Below are positions 7,088 to 15,512 of a stretch of DNA of 23,745 nucleotides, in pieces. The translations under genes were made by a program, and so were the position numbers. The notes beneath the pieces are model-generated. The model saw only the letters and a program-made list of their open reading frames with translations. It made no database searches and was not told the DNA's origin. The DNA is from a virus (taxonomy: Duplodnaviria; Heunggongvirae; Uroviricota; Caudoviricetes): the IMG/VR virus record IMGVR_UViG_3300027776_000001, positions 1 to 23,745 of that record; one strand, written 5' to 3'. Every line of letters begins with the position of its first letter. Position 1 is the first letter of the stretch.

Positions 7088-7205
7088 TGGGGCGTATCAA
7101 GTCGCTCTTGAGCCTGAGAACAAGTAATTGAAAAGATACTACTGAGTAAAGTGTACAATTTGATTCAACAAGTCAATTCTTTCAAAGTAATCAGGTTAAG
7201 CCCCA
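7088..7205 (+). ncRNA. Candidate rod-shaped structured RNA between Ro60 and tRNA-Gly
   Basis: Nested complementary segments TGGGGC/GCCCCA, TTGAGCCTGA/TCAGGTTAA, TTGAAAAGA/TCTTTCAA and TTGAT/GTCAA. Alternative local pairings exist. Confidence 0.35.
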
Positions 7206-7212
7206 CCGTATT

Positions 7213-7286
7213 GCGGGACTGGTATAGTGACTGTGCCTTGGCCTTCCAAGCCAATGAGAAGGGTTTGATTCCCTTGTCCCGCTCCA
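7213..7286 (+). tRNA. tRNA-Gly (UCC)
   Basis: Acceptor stem GCGGGAC/GTCCCGC, anticodon arm TTGGC-CT TCC AA-GCCAA, T loop TTTGATT (non-canonical), encoded CCA. Confidence 0.9.
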
Positions 7287-7362
7287 AACACACAACCAGA
7301 GCAGACTGAAGACAACATGCGCCCTGCCGAGGACTGATATAAATGACGTTACAGCAGGCTTC

Positions 7363-7438
7363 TGGGGAGTAGCACAATTGGTAGTGCAGCAGATTTTGAT
7401 TCTGTTGGTTGCTGGTTCGAGTCCAGCCTCCCTTGCCA
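7363..7438 (+). tRNA. tRNA-Gln (UUG)
   Basis: D arm GCAC...GTGC, anticodon arm GCAGA-TT TTG AT-TCTGT, T arm GCTGG-TTCGAGT-CCAGC, U1:U72 mismatch, encoded CCA. Confidence 0.9.
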
Positions 7439-7567
7439 AATAAAAGTCATAGTAAGCTATTACAGTAGACTATGCTGACAGTCGGGAAAGCACCGACACA
7501 ACGAAAGAAGACATGATATCAATCAATGTCAAATGACTAAACAAGTGTTTTTAAATGGAGAAATCTC

Positions 7568-8224
7568 GTGGCAAGTGCTAAAAATAAAGTAGGTATGTTG
7601 GAAGGTGTTTTCGTGTATGCTAAGATCGCAGAAGCGGACAAGAAGTACCAAAGTGAAGATACTGAGTGGAGCATCCAAGTCCTTGTGGACAAGGCTACTG
7701 CCAAGCAGTGGAAGAAGGACTTCCCTAAGCAAGAAGCCAAGGTAATTGATATTGAAGACTTTGAGGCTAAATTCCGTATGGAAGTCCCTGAAGAATTCGA
7801 TGGTCAAGATGAAGTGTACGCAATTACCCTGCGCCGTGCTGAAGTGCATAATGGTGTAAAGACTGAAGAGAAGCATCGTCCTCGTGTCTTCCTTGTACCA
7901 GAAGGCAGTGACGAAAAGCTTGACATTACTGAGTCTCGTCTGATTGCTAACGGCAGTCGTGGTAAGGTGAGTTACTATATCTCCGACTCGAAGTATGGCC
8001 CAATTGCTCGCCTGAAGAATGTCCTGATGCAGGAAGAAGACTTCAAGGAGTATGTGTCTGCTGGTGGTGGAGCTGCTGGTAGTGAATTTGATGGTGCCCC
8101 TGCCAAAGTAACTAAGGAAGCTCCAAAGGAATCAGCTACGCAAGCTCGTGCTCAACGTGCTGCTAAGAAGCCAGCAAAGGCTGCTGAAGCCGAAAACGAT
8201 ACAGAATCAGACGATCCGTTCTAA
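7568..8224 (+). CDS. ssb: Single-stranded DNA-binding protein (T7 gp2.5-like)
   Basis: GTG start after GGAG. N-terminal GVFVYAKI...W.IQVLV, IANGSRGKV, flexible Ala/Lys linker and acidic C-terminal tail ENDTESDDPF. Located in a replication module. Confidence 0.75.
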   Translation: MASAKNKVGMLEGVFVYAKIAEADKKYQSEDTEWSIQVLVDKATAKQWKKDFPKQEAKVIDIEDFEAKFRMEVPEEFDGQDEVYAITLRRAEVHNGVKTEEKHRPRVFLVPEGSDEKLDITESRLIANGSRGKVSYYISDSKYGPIARLKNVLMQEEDFKEYVSAGGGAAGSEFDGAPAKVTKEAPKESATQARAQRAAKKPAKAAEAENDTESDDPF

Positions 8225-8231
8225 TCTGTCT

Positions 8232-8261
8232 AGCCCTGTCCCGAAAGGGGCGGGGCTTTTT
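8232..8261 (+). terminator. Rho-independent terminator
   Basis: AGCCCTGTCCC-GAAA-GGGGCGGGGCT hairpin followed by a T run, just after the ssb stop. Confidence 0.88.
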
Positions 8262-8283
8262 GTTCTTCAGAATAGGAGATTTT

Positions 8284-8850
8284 ATGGACATAAGAGATTA
8301 TGTTGAATATTCACCTGACAGTCCTTCTGGATTGCTATGGAAAGTTGATAGACACGGCGGCAAGGATGGCAGGATTCTCGCGGCCAAGAAAGGGAGTGTT
8401 GCAGGGTCTAAAGGACAGTTACACTGGGAAGTCGGTGTAGACAAGGAGAAGTATTTAGTGCATAGGGTGGTTTGGTTTTTGCTACACAAGGAATGGCCTG
8501 CATTGCCTATTGACCATATTGATGGAGATGGGTTTAACAACAATCACACAAATCTTCGTCTTGCCACACATAAACAAAACATGTGCAATAGATGGATGAA
8601 TAAAAATAATACCTCTGGAATCACTGGTGTTTCAGAATTGAAAACAAACCAAGAACACCGTTTCATTGCCAGATGGCATGATATGAATGGCAGCCCTAAG
8701 AGTAAATCATTTTCAGTTAAGAAGTACGGCTACGATGAAGCAAGAAAGCTTGCAGAGGATTTTCGTAAGTCAGTAATTTCAGAATTAATTGAGCAAGGAA
8801 TTTACTCTAAGAGACATGGGAGTAGAAGAAATGAAGCAACTGATCTTTGA
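8284..8850 (+). CDS. HNH homing endonuclease with AP2-like domain
   Basis: ATG 8284 after AGGAG. Motifs YSPDSPSGLLW, HRVVW, IDHIDGDGFNNNHTNLR, NTSGITGV and KSFSVKKYGYDEA. Confidence 0.9.
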   Translation: MDIRDYVEYSPDSPSGLLWKVDRHGGKDGRILAAKKGSVAGSKGQLHWEVGVDKEKYLVHRVVWFLLHKEWPALPIDHIDGDGFNNNHTNLRLATHKQNMCNRWMNKNNTSGITGVSELKTNQEHRFIARWHDMNGSPKSKSFSVKKYGYDEARKLAEDFRKSVISELIEQGIYSKRHGSRRNEATDL

Positions 8851-9817
8851 TTTTGACGCTTTAAAATATGCTGGTTCTGCAGTGGGCGAAAAAAGAAGCA
8901 TTGTTGTAAGGCACCCTTCAGGAATAGAGGAACAATTCAGTACCAGAACGATGTTTCACGGACATTGGAGAAATAAAGATGGAGGTTGGTTAGCTGAATA
9001 CAACAAAGATAAATCCTCCCCTCTCCTTCCTGACGAATTTTCAATCACAGACGTACAAACTCCCGGCCCAGTAGAGAATGTGCTCCACACTATCAAGAGC
9101 ATGATCTATAAGGCTTGTGCCAAAACAGACATTGACGAATACGTAGGGTACATTGGTAAAGGCGATAGCTTTAGAGTGGAAATGTCCACACTCCTGAAGT
9201 ACAAAGGTCAACGAGCAGCAATGCTAAGACCTTTACATATTGAAGCTGTGGAAGAGTACCTGATCAAGCACCATGATGGAATAGTGGTGAGAAATCTAGA
9301 AGCTGACGACAAGATTGTGATGGAATGTTATGATCGTTCAGACCGTACAGCCGCCATCTTAGAAAAAGACTTCTACGGAATTCCTAAACTTAATCTTTAC
9401 AACACAGACTCCTATGAAAGCCTGTACACTGGCAATGGGTATGGTAAGCTCTACCTTGACGCCAAAGGAAAAGTGAAAGGCTACGGAAGAGCATTCTTCT
9501 ACTTCCAAGTATTGTCTGGTGACACTAGTGATAACTACAAGGCTAATTGCTTCTCAGATGTGAAGTGGGCAGACAAGAAAGCGTTTGCTATGTTAGCTGG
9601 GTGTAAGAATGATTCCGAAGCCTTGCAAGCTCTTGTTAAAGCCTACAAGATTCTCTATCCAGAACCTAAGACAGTGGTAGGATGGCGTGGTGATGAAATC
9701 AATATTGATTGGTTCTATGTACTGAATGAGAACTTCCAGTTAGCTAGACTGCTTAGATGGGATGATGATAAGGTGGACTTGAAGAAGGTATTAGAAAAGT
9801 CAGGAGTAGAGGTATGA
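8831..9817 (+). CDS. 5'-3' exonuclease / RNase H (T7 gp6-like)
   Basis: LIFDFDALKY, NLEADD, ILEKDFYG, YKGQR, GDTSDNY acidic catalytic motifs. Start assigned at ATG 8831 (ATG 8816 is an alternative). Confidence 0.82.
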   Translation: MKQLIFDFDALKYAGSAVGEKRSIVVRHPSGIEEQFSTRTMFHGHWRNKDGGWLAEYNKDKSSPLLPDEFSITDVQTPGPVENVLHTIKSMIYKACAKTDIDEYVGYIGKGDSFRVEMSTLLKYKGQRAAMLRPLHIEAVEEYLIKHHDGIVVRNLEADDKIVMECYDRSDRTAAILEKDFYGIPKLNLYNTDSYESLYTGNGYGKLYLDAKGKVKGYGRAFFYFQVLSGDTSDNYKANCFSDVKWADKKAFAMLAGCKNDSEALQALVKAYKILYPEPKTVVGWRGDEINIDWFYVLNENFQLARLLRWDDDKVDLKKVLEKSGVEV

Positions 9818-10362
9818 CAAAATTCCCTGAATATTGGAAGCTTTACCCGGAAATTTGGCCTACAAAGGCCTCATTCTTTGTGTGGATGCGTGGAGCATTC
9901 AGACGAGCTTTATGGGAAAAATGGCCCGTAAAAATCCAACATAAAAACAGGATGTGTACGGTTCCTCCAAGAGGTAAAGAGACAAGAGCTAAGACAGGTA
10001 CATACTGTGCATTGTCTGGTAAATGGTACGGGAAGTCAGCATTAGAAGTAGACCACATTGAGGGGAATGCCTCTCTTCGAGACTTTGAAGATATTGTTCC
10101 ATTCATTCGTCACTTACTTGCACTTGACGAAGAATTGCAACTTGTAGGAAAAGAGGAACACAAGGCTAAGTCTTATGCAGAAAGACAAGGACTAACCTTC
10201 GAGGAAGCTGTAATCGAGAAAGAGGTAATCAAATTCAAGAAGACTTCTACAGAAGCTCAGAAGGAATACCTACGAACTTTAGGCTGTGGAGATATTATTC
10301 TCAGGAATGCCACAACTAGAGCAGATGCATTTAGAGAGTACTTAACGAAGGGAAGTGTATGA
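9814..10362 (+). CDS. HNH-like nuclease, probably a core replication/recombination gene
   Basis: YCALSGKW...LEVDHIEG motif. Coupled to both neighbours by ATGA overlaps, and lacks the AP2/NUMOD tails of the mobile HNH genes. Confidence 0.6.
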   Translation: MTKFPEYWKLYPEIWPTKASFFVWMRGAFRRALWEKWPVKIQHKNRMCTVPPRGKETRAKTGTYCALSGKWYGKSALEVDHIEGNASLRDFEDIVPFIRHLLALDEELQLVGKEEHKAKSYAERQGLTFEEAVIEKEVIKFKKTSTEAQKEYLRTLGCGDIILRNATTRADAFREYLTKGSV

Positions 10363-11267
10363 AAGAATGGAAAGTTGATGCAATAGCGCTGGCTAACGCT
10401 GGTATGAGTTGGAGAGAAATAGGCCGGACACTAGGGAAGAGTAAATCCACTGTATCAGACTTCTTGCGTTCTGTATTCGTGAATAGCGAATATGAAAAAC
10501 CTAAGCTGTCTAAAATTCTTCTGCTGGACATAGAAACATCGCCTACTCTTGGTGCTGTATGGGGATTGTGGAAACAAAACCTAGGCATTAATATGATTGA
10601 GCGAGATTGGTTCATCATGTCCTACTCTGCTAAATGGTATGGTGAGAATAAGATATTCTACAACGACTGTAGAAATACGCTTGAAGATGACAGTGATATG
10701 TGTAGTGAGCTTTGGGATTTGATCCATGAAGCAGATATCGTAGTGGCTCACAATATCAAGTTTGACATACCGAAGATTCGTGCTAGAATGGTGAAACATG
10801 GAATGTCACCTCCATCACCAGCCAAGCTCTATTGTACATTGGAAGTGGCAAAGAAGAATTTCCAATTCACTAGTAATAAGCTTGAGTATCTTGGTGAGTT
10901 CCTTGGAGTTGGCGAGAAGTCAGCGCATAAGCAATTTCCCGGCTTCTCTCTTTGGGCAGAATGTCTGAAGGGTAATGAGGAAGCATGGGAAGAAATGAAG
11001 TTGTACAATATTCAGGATGTACATGTGCTGGAAGGTGTGTATAATAAGCTGCGTGCTTGGGATGCTAACCATCCAAATATCGCTGTACTTTCTGACAATA
11101 ATGTGCTAAGCTGTCCAGTGTGTGGTAGTAGTGACTTAATTGAAGATGGATTCACTTACACAAATTCTGGTCAATACAAGCTGTACAATTGTAAGGAGTG
11201 TGGTTACTGGGCAAGAAGCCGGTACACGCTTAATTCCAACGAGAAGCGAAGGAGTCTATTGAAATGA
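10359..11267 (+). CDS. DnaQ/RNase H-like 3'-5' exonuclease with N-terminal HTH and C-terminal zinc ribbon
   Basis: LLLDIETSP, VAHNIKFD and YNIQDV (DEDDy-like). N-terminal GMSWREIGRTLGKSKSTVSD; C-terminal CPVC...CKEC. Confidence 0.78.
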   Translation: MKEWKVDAIALANAGMSWREIGRTLGKSKSTVSDFLRSVFVNSEYEKPKLSKILLLDIETSPTLGAVWGLWKQNLGINMIERDWFIMSYSAKWYGENKIFYNDCRNTLEDDSDMCSELWDLIHEADIVVAHNIKFDIPKIRARMVKHGMSPPSPAKLYCTLEVAKKNFQFTSNKLEYLGEFLGVGEKSAHKQFPGFSLWAECLKGNEEAWEEMKLYNIQDVHVLEGVYNKLRAWDANHPNIAVLSDNNVLSCPVCGSSDLIEDGFTYTNSGQYKLYNCKECGYWARSRYTLNSNEKRRSLLK

Positions 11268-11548
11268 ACCAAGGCTTGCAAGTTTTCCCTGTTCACCTTA
11301 AGAATGGTTTGAAGGTATTGTTCATGTCAAATGGTACGGTGGTGCTGGATGCCAAGGAAGTGGGGAAAGTGCAAGTCGAACATTTCAATGGATACACTGC
11401 GACCATCACACCAAAAGAACTAGCTGTTTACAATGATGCCGATAATAGTGAGGGTCTGGTGTACCCTTACTACAAGATGATAACACTTGATCGCTACATT
11501 AAAAAATGGCTGAAAAGCTACGACTTAGATTTTAGGAGATTTGAATGA
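11264..11548 (+). CDS. Hypothetical protein
   Basis: 94-aa ORF with ATGA overlaps on both sides. Confidence 0.65.
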   Translation: MNQGLQVFPVHLKNGLKVLFMSNGTVVLDAKEVGKVQVEHFNGYTATITPKELAVYNDADNSEGLVYPYYKMITLDRYIKKWLKSYDLDFRRFE

Positions 11549-12027
11549 GCCAAGTCAACATGAGTCAATTATTTGACGACACATTAGTATTTAACACATT
11601 GAGTGGGAATCTCGAAGGAAACAAAGAGAAGCTGATTGAACGTATCAGCGCACAGCTTACTTACATTTTTTCAGAGCTTACTGAAACCCTTGACGGGTAT
11701 GAGAGTACTGATCCAAAAGAACTGGCTGATGGTTGTGTGGATATTCTGGTTACTGCCATGGGCTTGGCTCAGATCATGCACGCTGCAGGGTTTGATATGG
11801 AAGAAGTGGGTAAGCGTATCGGAAAGAACAACCTGTCCAAGTTTCCAGTAGAAATCCCTGCAGTTGACCGTAAAGTGTATTCTGAAATGGGGTATACGGT
11901 AGAAGCTGCTGGTGGCAGTCGATTTGTCCTGAAGGATAAGACTGGTAAAGTACGTAAACCACTAGGCTACCAAGATGTAGACTTGGAAGGAACCTATGAC
12001 CCAAACTTCTTTGGAGACAAGCAATGA
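11545..12027 (+). CDS. MazG-like / all-alpha NTP pyrophosphohydrolase
   Basis: SELTETLD...KELADGCVDILVT, NNLSKF and GKVRKPLGY are typical of phage MazG/PRA-PH-like proteins. Confidence 0.72.
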   Translation: MSQVNMSQLFDDTLVFNTLSGNLEGNKEKLIERISAQLTYIFSELTETLDGYESTDPKELADGCVDILVTAMGLAQIMHAAGFDMEEVGKRIGKNNLSKFPVEIPAVDRKVYSEMGYTVEAAGGSRFVLKDKTGKVRKPLGYQDVDLEGTYDPNFFGDKQ

Positions 12028-12494
12028 AAGCAATTAGTTTTAGGGATGTAATCTTCGCACTGAAAAGTTTGGGTGTGGAGAACGTAAAAGAGCTTGACTT
12101 AGTCAGTCCTGAAAATGATAGCAAGATTGCACATATTCTTTTTGCTCTAGGTATTGATATACTCAAGCCTATTACAATCAGGGCATGTAACCATCGTGAT
12201 CTGAACAACAACACTGGTATTGGATACCGGTATGAAGGTGATATGAGGCTTGACGCAGAATGGCTAGGGGGTCGAGGAGCAGATGTGATGGATCGTATCT
12301 CTGCTACCAGTTATTATGACCTGTCCTTGACCACTACGCTGTGTGGCCTTGTAGGTACATCTTCCAATGTAACAAAGAATATGGGATACTCAGAAGACGA
12401 GGAATTCCCTGAAGAACTAATCTCAGAGACATATGAGCAGGATGTTATGTTGATTGAGAAATTAAACGGTATCGTAAAACAAGTTAGAGGTTAA
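12024..12494 (+). CDS. Hypothetical protein
   Basis: 156-aa ORF with an ATGA overlap and an acidic C-terminal half; no recognisable motif. Confidence 0.65.
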   Translation: MKAISFRDVIFALKSLGVENVKELDLVSPENDSKIAHILFALGIDILKPITIRACNHRDLNNNTGIGYRYEGDMRLDAEWLGGRGADVMDRISATSYYDLSLTTTLCGLVGTSSNVTKNMGYSEDEEFPEELISETYEQDVMLIEKLNGIVKQVRG

Positions 12495-12495
12495 A

Positions 12496-13485
12496 GTGGA
12501 ACTGGCGAAGATCAAACAAAAACAGGATGTGTACATTGTAGAATATCCAGAGTTTGCTAAACTGGCAGATGAACAAATAAAAATCTTCTGGCCTTGGAAT
12601 GAAATCAAAGTAGAGAAAGATAAGCAAGATTTGCTTGTTGGTATGTCTGAACCAGAAAAGCATGCTACGATTACAACACTAAAACTGTTCACTCAATATG
12701 AACTTTTTGTTGGCAATGAGCACTGGCTTGGCAGAATCTTGAAGACATTCCAGAGACCTGAGATTCAACGTATGGCTGCAGCTTTTGGGCATGTAGAGTT
12801 AAACAGTCATGCTCCGTTCTACAGCCGCATTAACGAAGAACTGGGATTAGCGACATACGAATTCTATACAAGCTATGTTAACGATCCGATCCTAGCCGAG
12901 CGTATGGCATTTGTAGAAAGCTTAGTAGACCATGAAGATGATTTGATCAGTCTGGCAGGGTTTAGTATGATTGAAGGTGCTGTCTTGTATTCCAGCTTTG
13001 CCTACTTGAAGCATTTCCAAGCCCAAGGTAAGAACAAGCTGATGAATCTTGTACGGGGCATTAATATGAGTGCTCGGGATGAAAACCTGCACGCAATTGG
13101 TGGAGCGTTGTTATTCAGGACTTTGAAAAATGAGTCTAACCTGACGATAGATGAAGAAGCAAAGTACGCTGCTGCTGTGCTAACTATTGCTGACACTATC
13201 CGAGAGCATGAACATCGTATCAATGAAATGCTATTTGAGAAGGGAAAAATTGAAGGGATTTCCCTAGTACAGATGAATCATTTTTCAGATAGTCGGATTA
13301 ACCTGTGCCTTGAGCATCTGGGCTATCACGCACAGTATAAGGTGACGTATAACCCAATTGCTGATTGGTTCTACAAAGGAATCAATGATTATCAGTTTAA
13401 TGACTTCTTCTCTGGAATTGGTAGAGAGTACCAACGAGACTGGGATGAGCATGGATTCAATGCGTGGGACAAGAAAGGAAAGTAA
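12496..13485 (+). CDS. nrdB: Ribonucleotide reductase class I beta subunit
   Basis: FWPWNEI, ELNSHAPFY, MIEGAVLY, RDENLH and DFFSG motifs. Confidence 0.93.
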   Translation: MELAKIKQKQDVYIVEYPEFAKLADEQIKIFWPWNEIKVEKDKQDLLVGMSEPEKHATITTLKLFTQYELFVGNEHWLGRILKTFQRPEIQRMAAAFGHVELNSHAPFYSRINEELGLATYEFYTSYVNDPILAERMAFVESLVDHEDDLISLAGFSMIEGAVLYSSFAYLKHFQAQGKNKLMNLVRGINMSARDENLHAIGGALLFRTLKNESNLTIDEEAKYAAAVLTIADTIREHEHRINEMLFEKGKIEGISLVQMNHFSDSRINLCLEHLGYHAQYKVTYNPIADWFYKGINDYQFNDFFSGIGREYQRDWDEHGFNAWDKKGK

Positions 13486-15197
13486 TGGACAGCCTGTATG
13501 AAAAGCTAAGCGAAGAGCGAAAGAAACTGCAAGAAGAAGGTAACATGCCTGAATGGTGGAGTACTGGTGGATGGCAACTCTATAAGAAGAAATACCTATA
13601 CCAAGCAGAGCATCCACGAGAGCAATTCCAACGTATTGCTAAGACACTAGCAAAACACATTGAGGGGAAGTATCCTGACTGGTGGCCTACTGGTTTAACA
13701 TGGGAGCAAGCGTTCTTTGACGAAATGTGGACTGGCAGGCTCTCCCCTTCTACACCTGTGCATTCAAACACTGGCACGAATCGTGGCATGTCTGTTAGCT
13801 GCTCTGGCAACTATATTGACAACTCGATCTACGGCATATATGATTGTCGCACTGAGGTTAGTGTACTAACTAAAGAGGGATTCGGTACAGCCACTTATCT
13901 TGGTTCTTTGAGTCCAAGAGGCACAGTATCTGTTCGTGGAGTGGAGTGTTCTGGTGTAGTCCCTATTGTCAAGGGCTTTGTGGAAGATATGCGATACACA
14001 GCACAAGGAACCTCTCGTCGTGGAGCTTGGGCTGGCTATATCGAAATTGAACATGGAGATTTCTGGGAGTTGATTGCTCTTCTCGAAGCCGAACCTGATG
14101 ATCTGAATATCGGCTGGATTGTTACCAAGGAATTTAAGGAAAACCTTGAAGCTGGTGATGAAGAGAGTCTTGCTAGGATGCGTCGAATCCTTAAGGTGAA
14201 GATGATCACTGGTAAGGGGTACTTCTTCTTCCCTGAGAAGGCAAATGCTAAGCGACCACAGATGTATAAGGACTTGGGTTTGTTTGTCACAGCGCCACAG
14301 CTTTGTAATGAAATCATGTTGCATAGTTCACCTGAATTGACTTATACTTGTGTACTTTCCAGTACAAACCTTATGCACTGGAAGACCATTAAGGACAATA
14401 AGTCGGTTTTCATTCAAACAGTACTCTTAGATTGTGTTGCTCAAGATTTCATTGAAAAGGCTACAGGTATTAAGGGTCTTGAGAAGGCTGTAAAGTTCAC
14501 TAAGCTTGGACGAGCATTAGGATTGGGTGTGACAGCATTCCATTCCTATCTGCAGAGTAACATGATTCCTTTCGAGTCATTGGAAGCTCACATGTGGAAT
14601 AACCAAGTGTTCAAGCATATCAGTGAGCAGTCTCTAGAGGCTTCTCAATGGATGGCGCAAGTGCTTGGAGAACCTGAGTGGTGCAAGGGATACGGAGTTC
14701 GTAACACTCATAGAATGGCTGTAGCTCCAACAAAGAGCACAAGCCTGTTGATGGGCGGTGTGTCTGAAGGCATCAATCCAGACCCTGCAATGACTTTTAC
14801 ACAACTGACAGCAGCAGGAGAAGTAGACCGGGCAAACCCTATACTTCTGAAGCTAATGAAAGATCGTGGTGTTTATGACAAGAAACACATGAAAGAGTTG
14901 ACAGAAGCTCAAGGCAGTGTGCAGAATGTATCTTGGCTGACTGAGGAAGAAAAACTTGTGTTCAAGACAGCCTTTGAGATTGATCAGATGGCAGTATTGA
15001 GACTAGCTGCTGGTCGGCAGAGATACATTGATCAGGGACAATCTCTGAACCTGTTCTTCTCAGCAGAAGAGGATGAAGAGTATATTTCTGAAGTTGTGAA
15101 AGAAGCATTTGACAACCCGGACATTCTTGGTCTATACTACTTCTATAGTAAGGCTGGTGTCACAGCAAGTAAGGGTGAATGTCTAGCGTGTCAATAA
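13485..15197 (+). CDS. nrdA: Ribonucleotide reductase class I alpha subunit (compact, no obvious ATP cone)
   Basis: LSPSTPV, VSCSG, PQLCNEI, CVLSS, RALGLG, VAPTKSTS, YIDQGQSLN, LYYFYS and C-terminal CLAC. ATG 13485 overlaps the nrdB stop (TAATG). Confidence 0.95.
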   Translation: MDSLYEKLSEERKKLQEEGNMPEWWSTGGWQLYKKKYLYQAEHPREQFQRIAKTLAKHIEGKYPDWWPTGLTWEQAFFDEMWTGRLSPSTPVHSNTGTNRGMSVSCSGNYIDNSIYGIYDCRTEVSVLTKEGFGTATYLGSLSPRGTVSVRGVECSGVVPIVKGFVEDMRYTAQGTSRRGAWAGYIEIEHGDFWELIALLEAEPDDLNIGWIVTKEFKENLEAGDEESLARMRRILKVKMITGKGYFFFPEKANAKRPQMYKDLGLFVTAPQLCNEIMLHSSPELTYTCVLSSTNLMHWKTIKDNKSVFIQTVLLDCVAQDFIEKATGIKGLEKAVKFTKLGRALGLGVTAFHSYLQSNMIPFESLEAHMWNNQVFKHISEQSLEASQWMAQVLGEPEWCKGYGVRNTHRMAVAPTKSTSLLMGGVSEGINPDPAMTFTQLTAAGEVDRANPILLKLMKDRGVYDKKHMKELTEAQGSVQNVSWLTEEEKLVFKTAFEIDQMAVLRLAAGRQRYIDQGQSLNLFFSAEEDEEYISEVVKEAFDNPDILGLYYFYSKAGVTASKGECLACQ

Positions 15198-15200
15198 CAT

Positions 15201-15218
15201 ATAGGGCTTCGGCCCTAT
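15201..15218 (+). other. C(UUCG)G tetraloop hairpin after nrdA
   Basis: ATAGGGC-TTCG-GCCCTAT with no U-tract. It is more likely an mRNA-stabilising or weak termination element than a classic terminator. Confidence 0.6.
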
Positions 15219-15232
15219 TGAAAGGAGAATGT

Positions 15233-15502
15233 ATGAAGACTTTTTGGAAAATTTTCTGGCCTTTTGTTGTATCTATTTCGGGCTTGCTTTATCTGCTGTA
15301 TGTTATTAAACTGGGCTTGAGCGTTATATACGGAGTGTCTATTAGCGCTCTGGGTATATTCATCACTATCTGGCTAGCTCAACTAATGTTTACAAATGCT
15401 TTGGCAAAGAAAGAGATTAAGCTGGAGGATGTAGTGAGTCACAGCTTCAGTGTTATTGTAGGTGCTGGCATCTGCCACCTAGCCATTATTTTCGGATTCT
15501 AA
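15233..15502 (+). CDS. Small membrane protein
   Basis: ATG 15233 after AGGAG; about three hydrophobic segments. Confidence 0.7.
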   Translation: MKTFWKIFWPFVVSISGLLYLLYVIKLGLSVIYGVSISALGIFITIWLAQLMFTNALAKKEIKLEDVVSHSFSVIVGAGICHLAIIFGF

Positions 15503-15512
15503 GGAGGATAAA

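Noticed and set aside
7128-7159. sigma70 promoter TTGAAA...TACAAT
   Set aside because: The spacer is 20 nt, too long, and there is no correctly placed extended -10.
7088-7210. SRP (4.5S) RNA or tmRNA, suggested by GGGGC...GCCCCACC ends
   Set aside because: There is no SRP domain IV motif, no T arm and no tag ORF. Kept only as an unclassified candidate.
7300-7360. Hammerhead ribozyme suggested by CTGAAGA
   Set aside because: There is no stem II followed by GAAA and no stem III/cleavage triplet.
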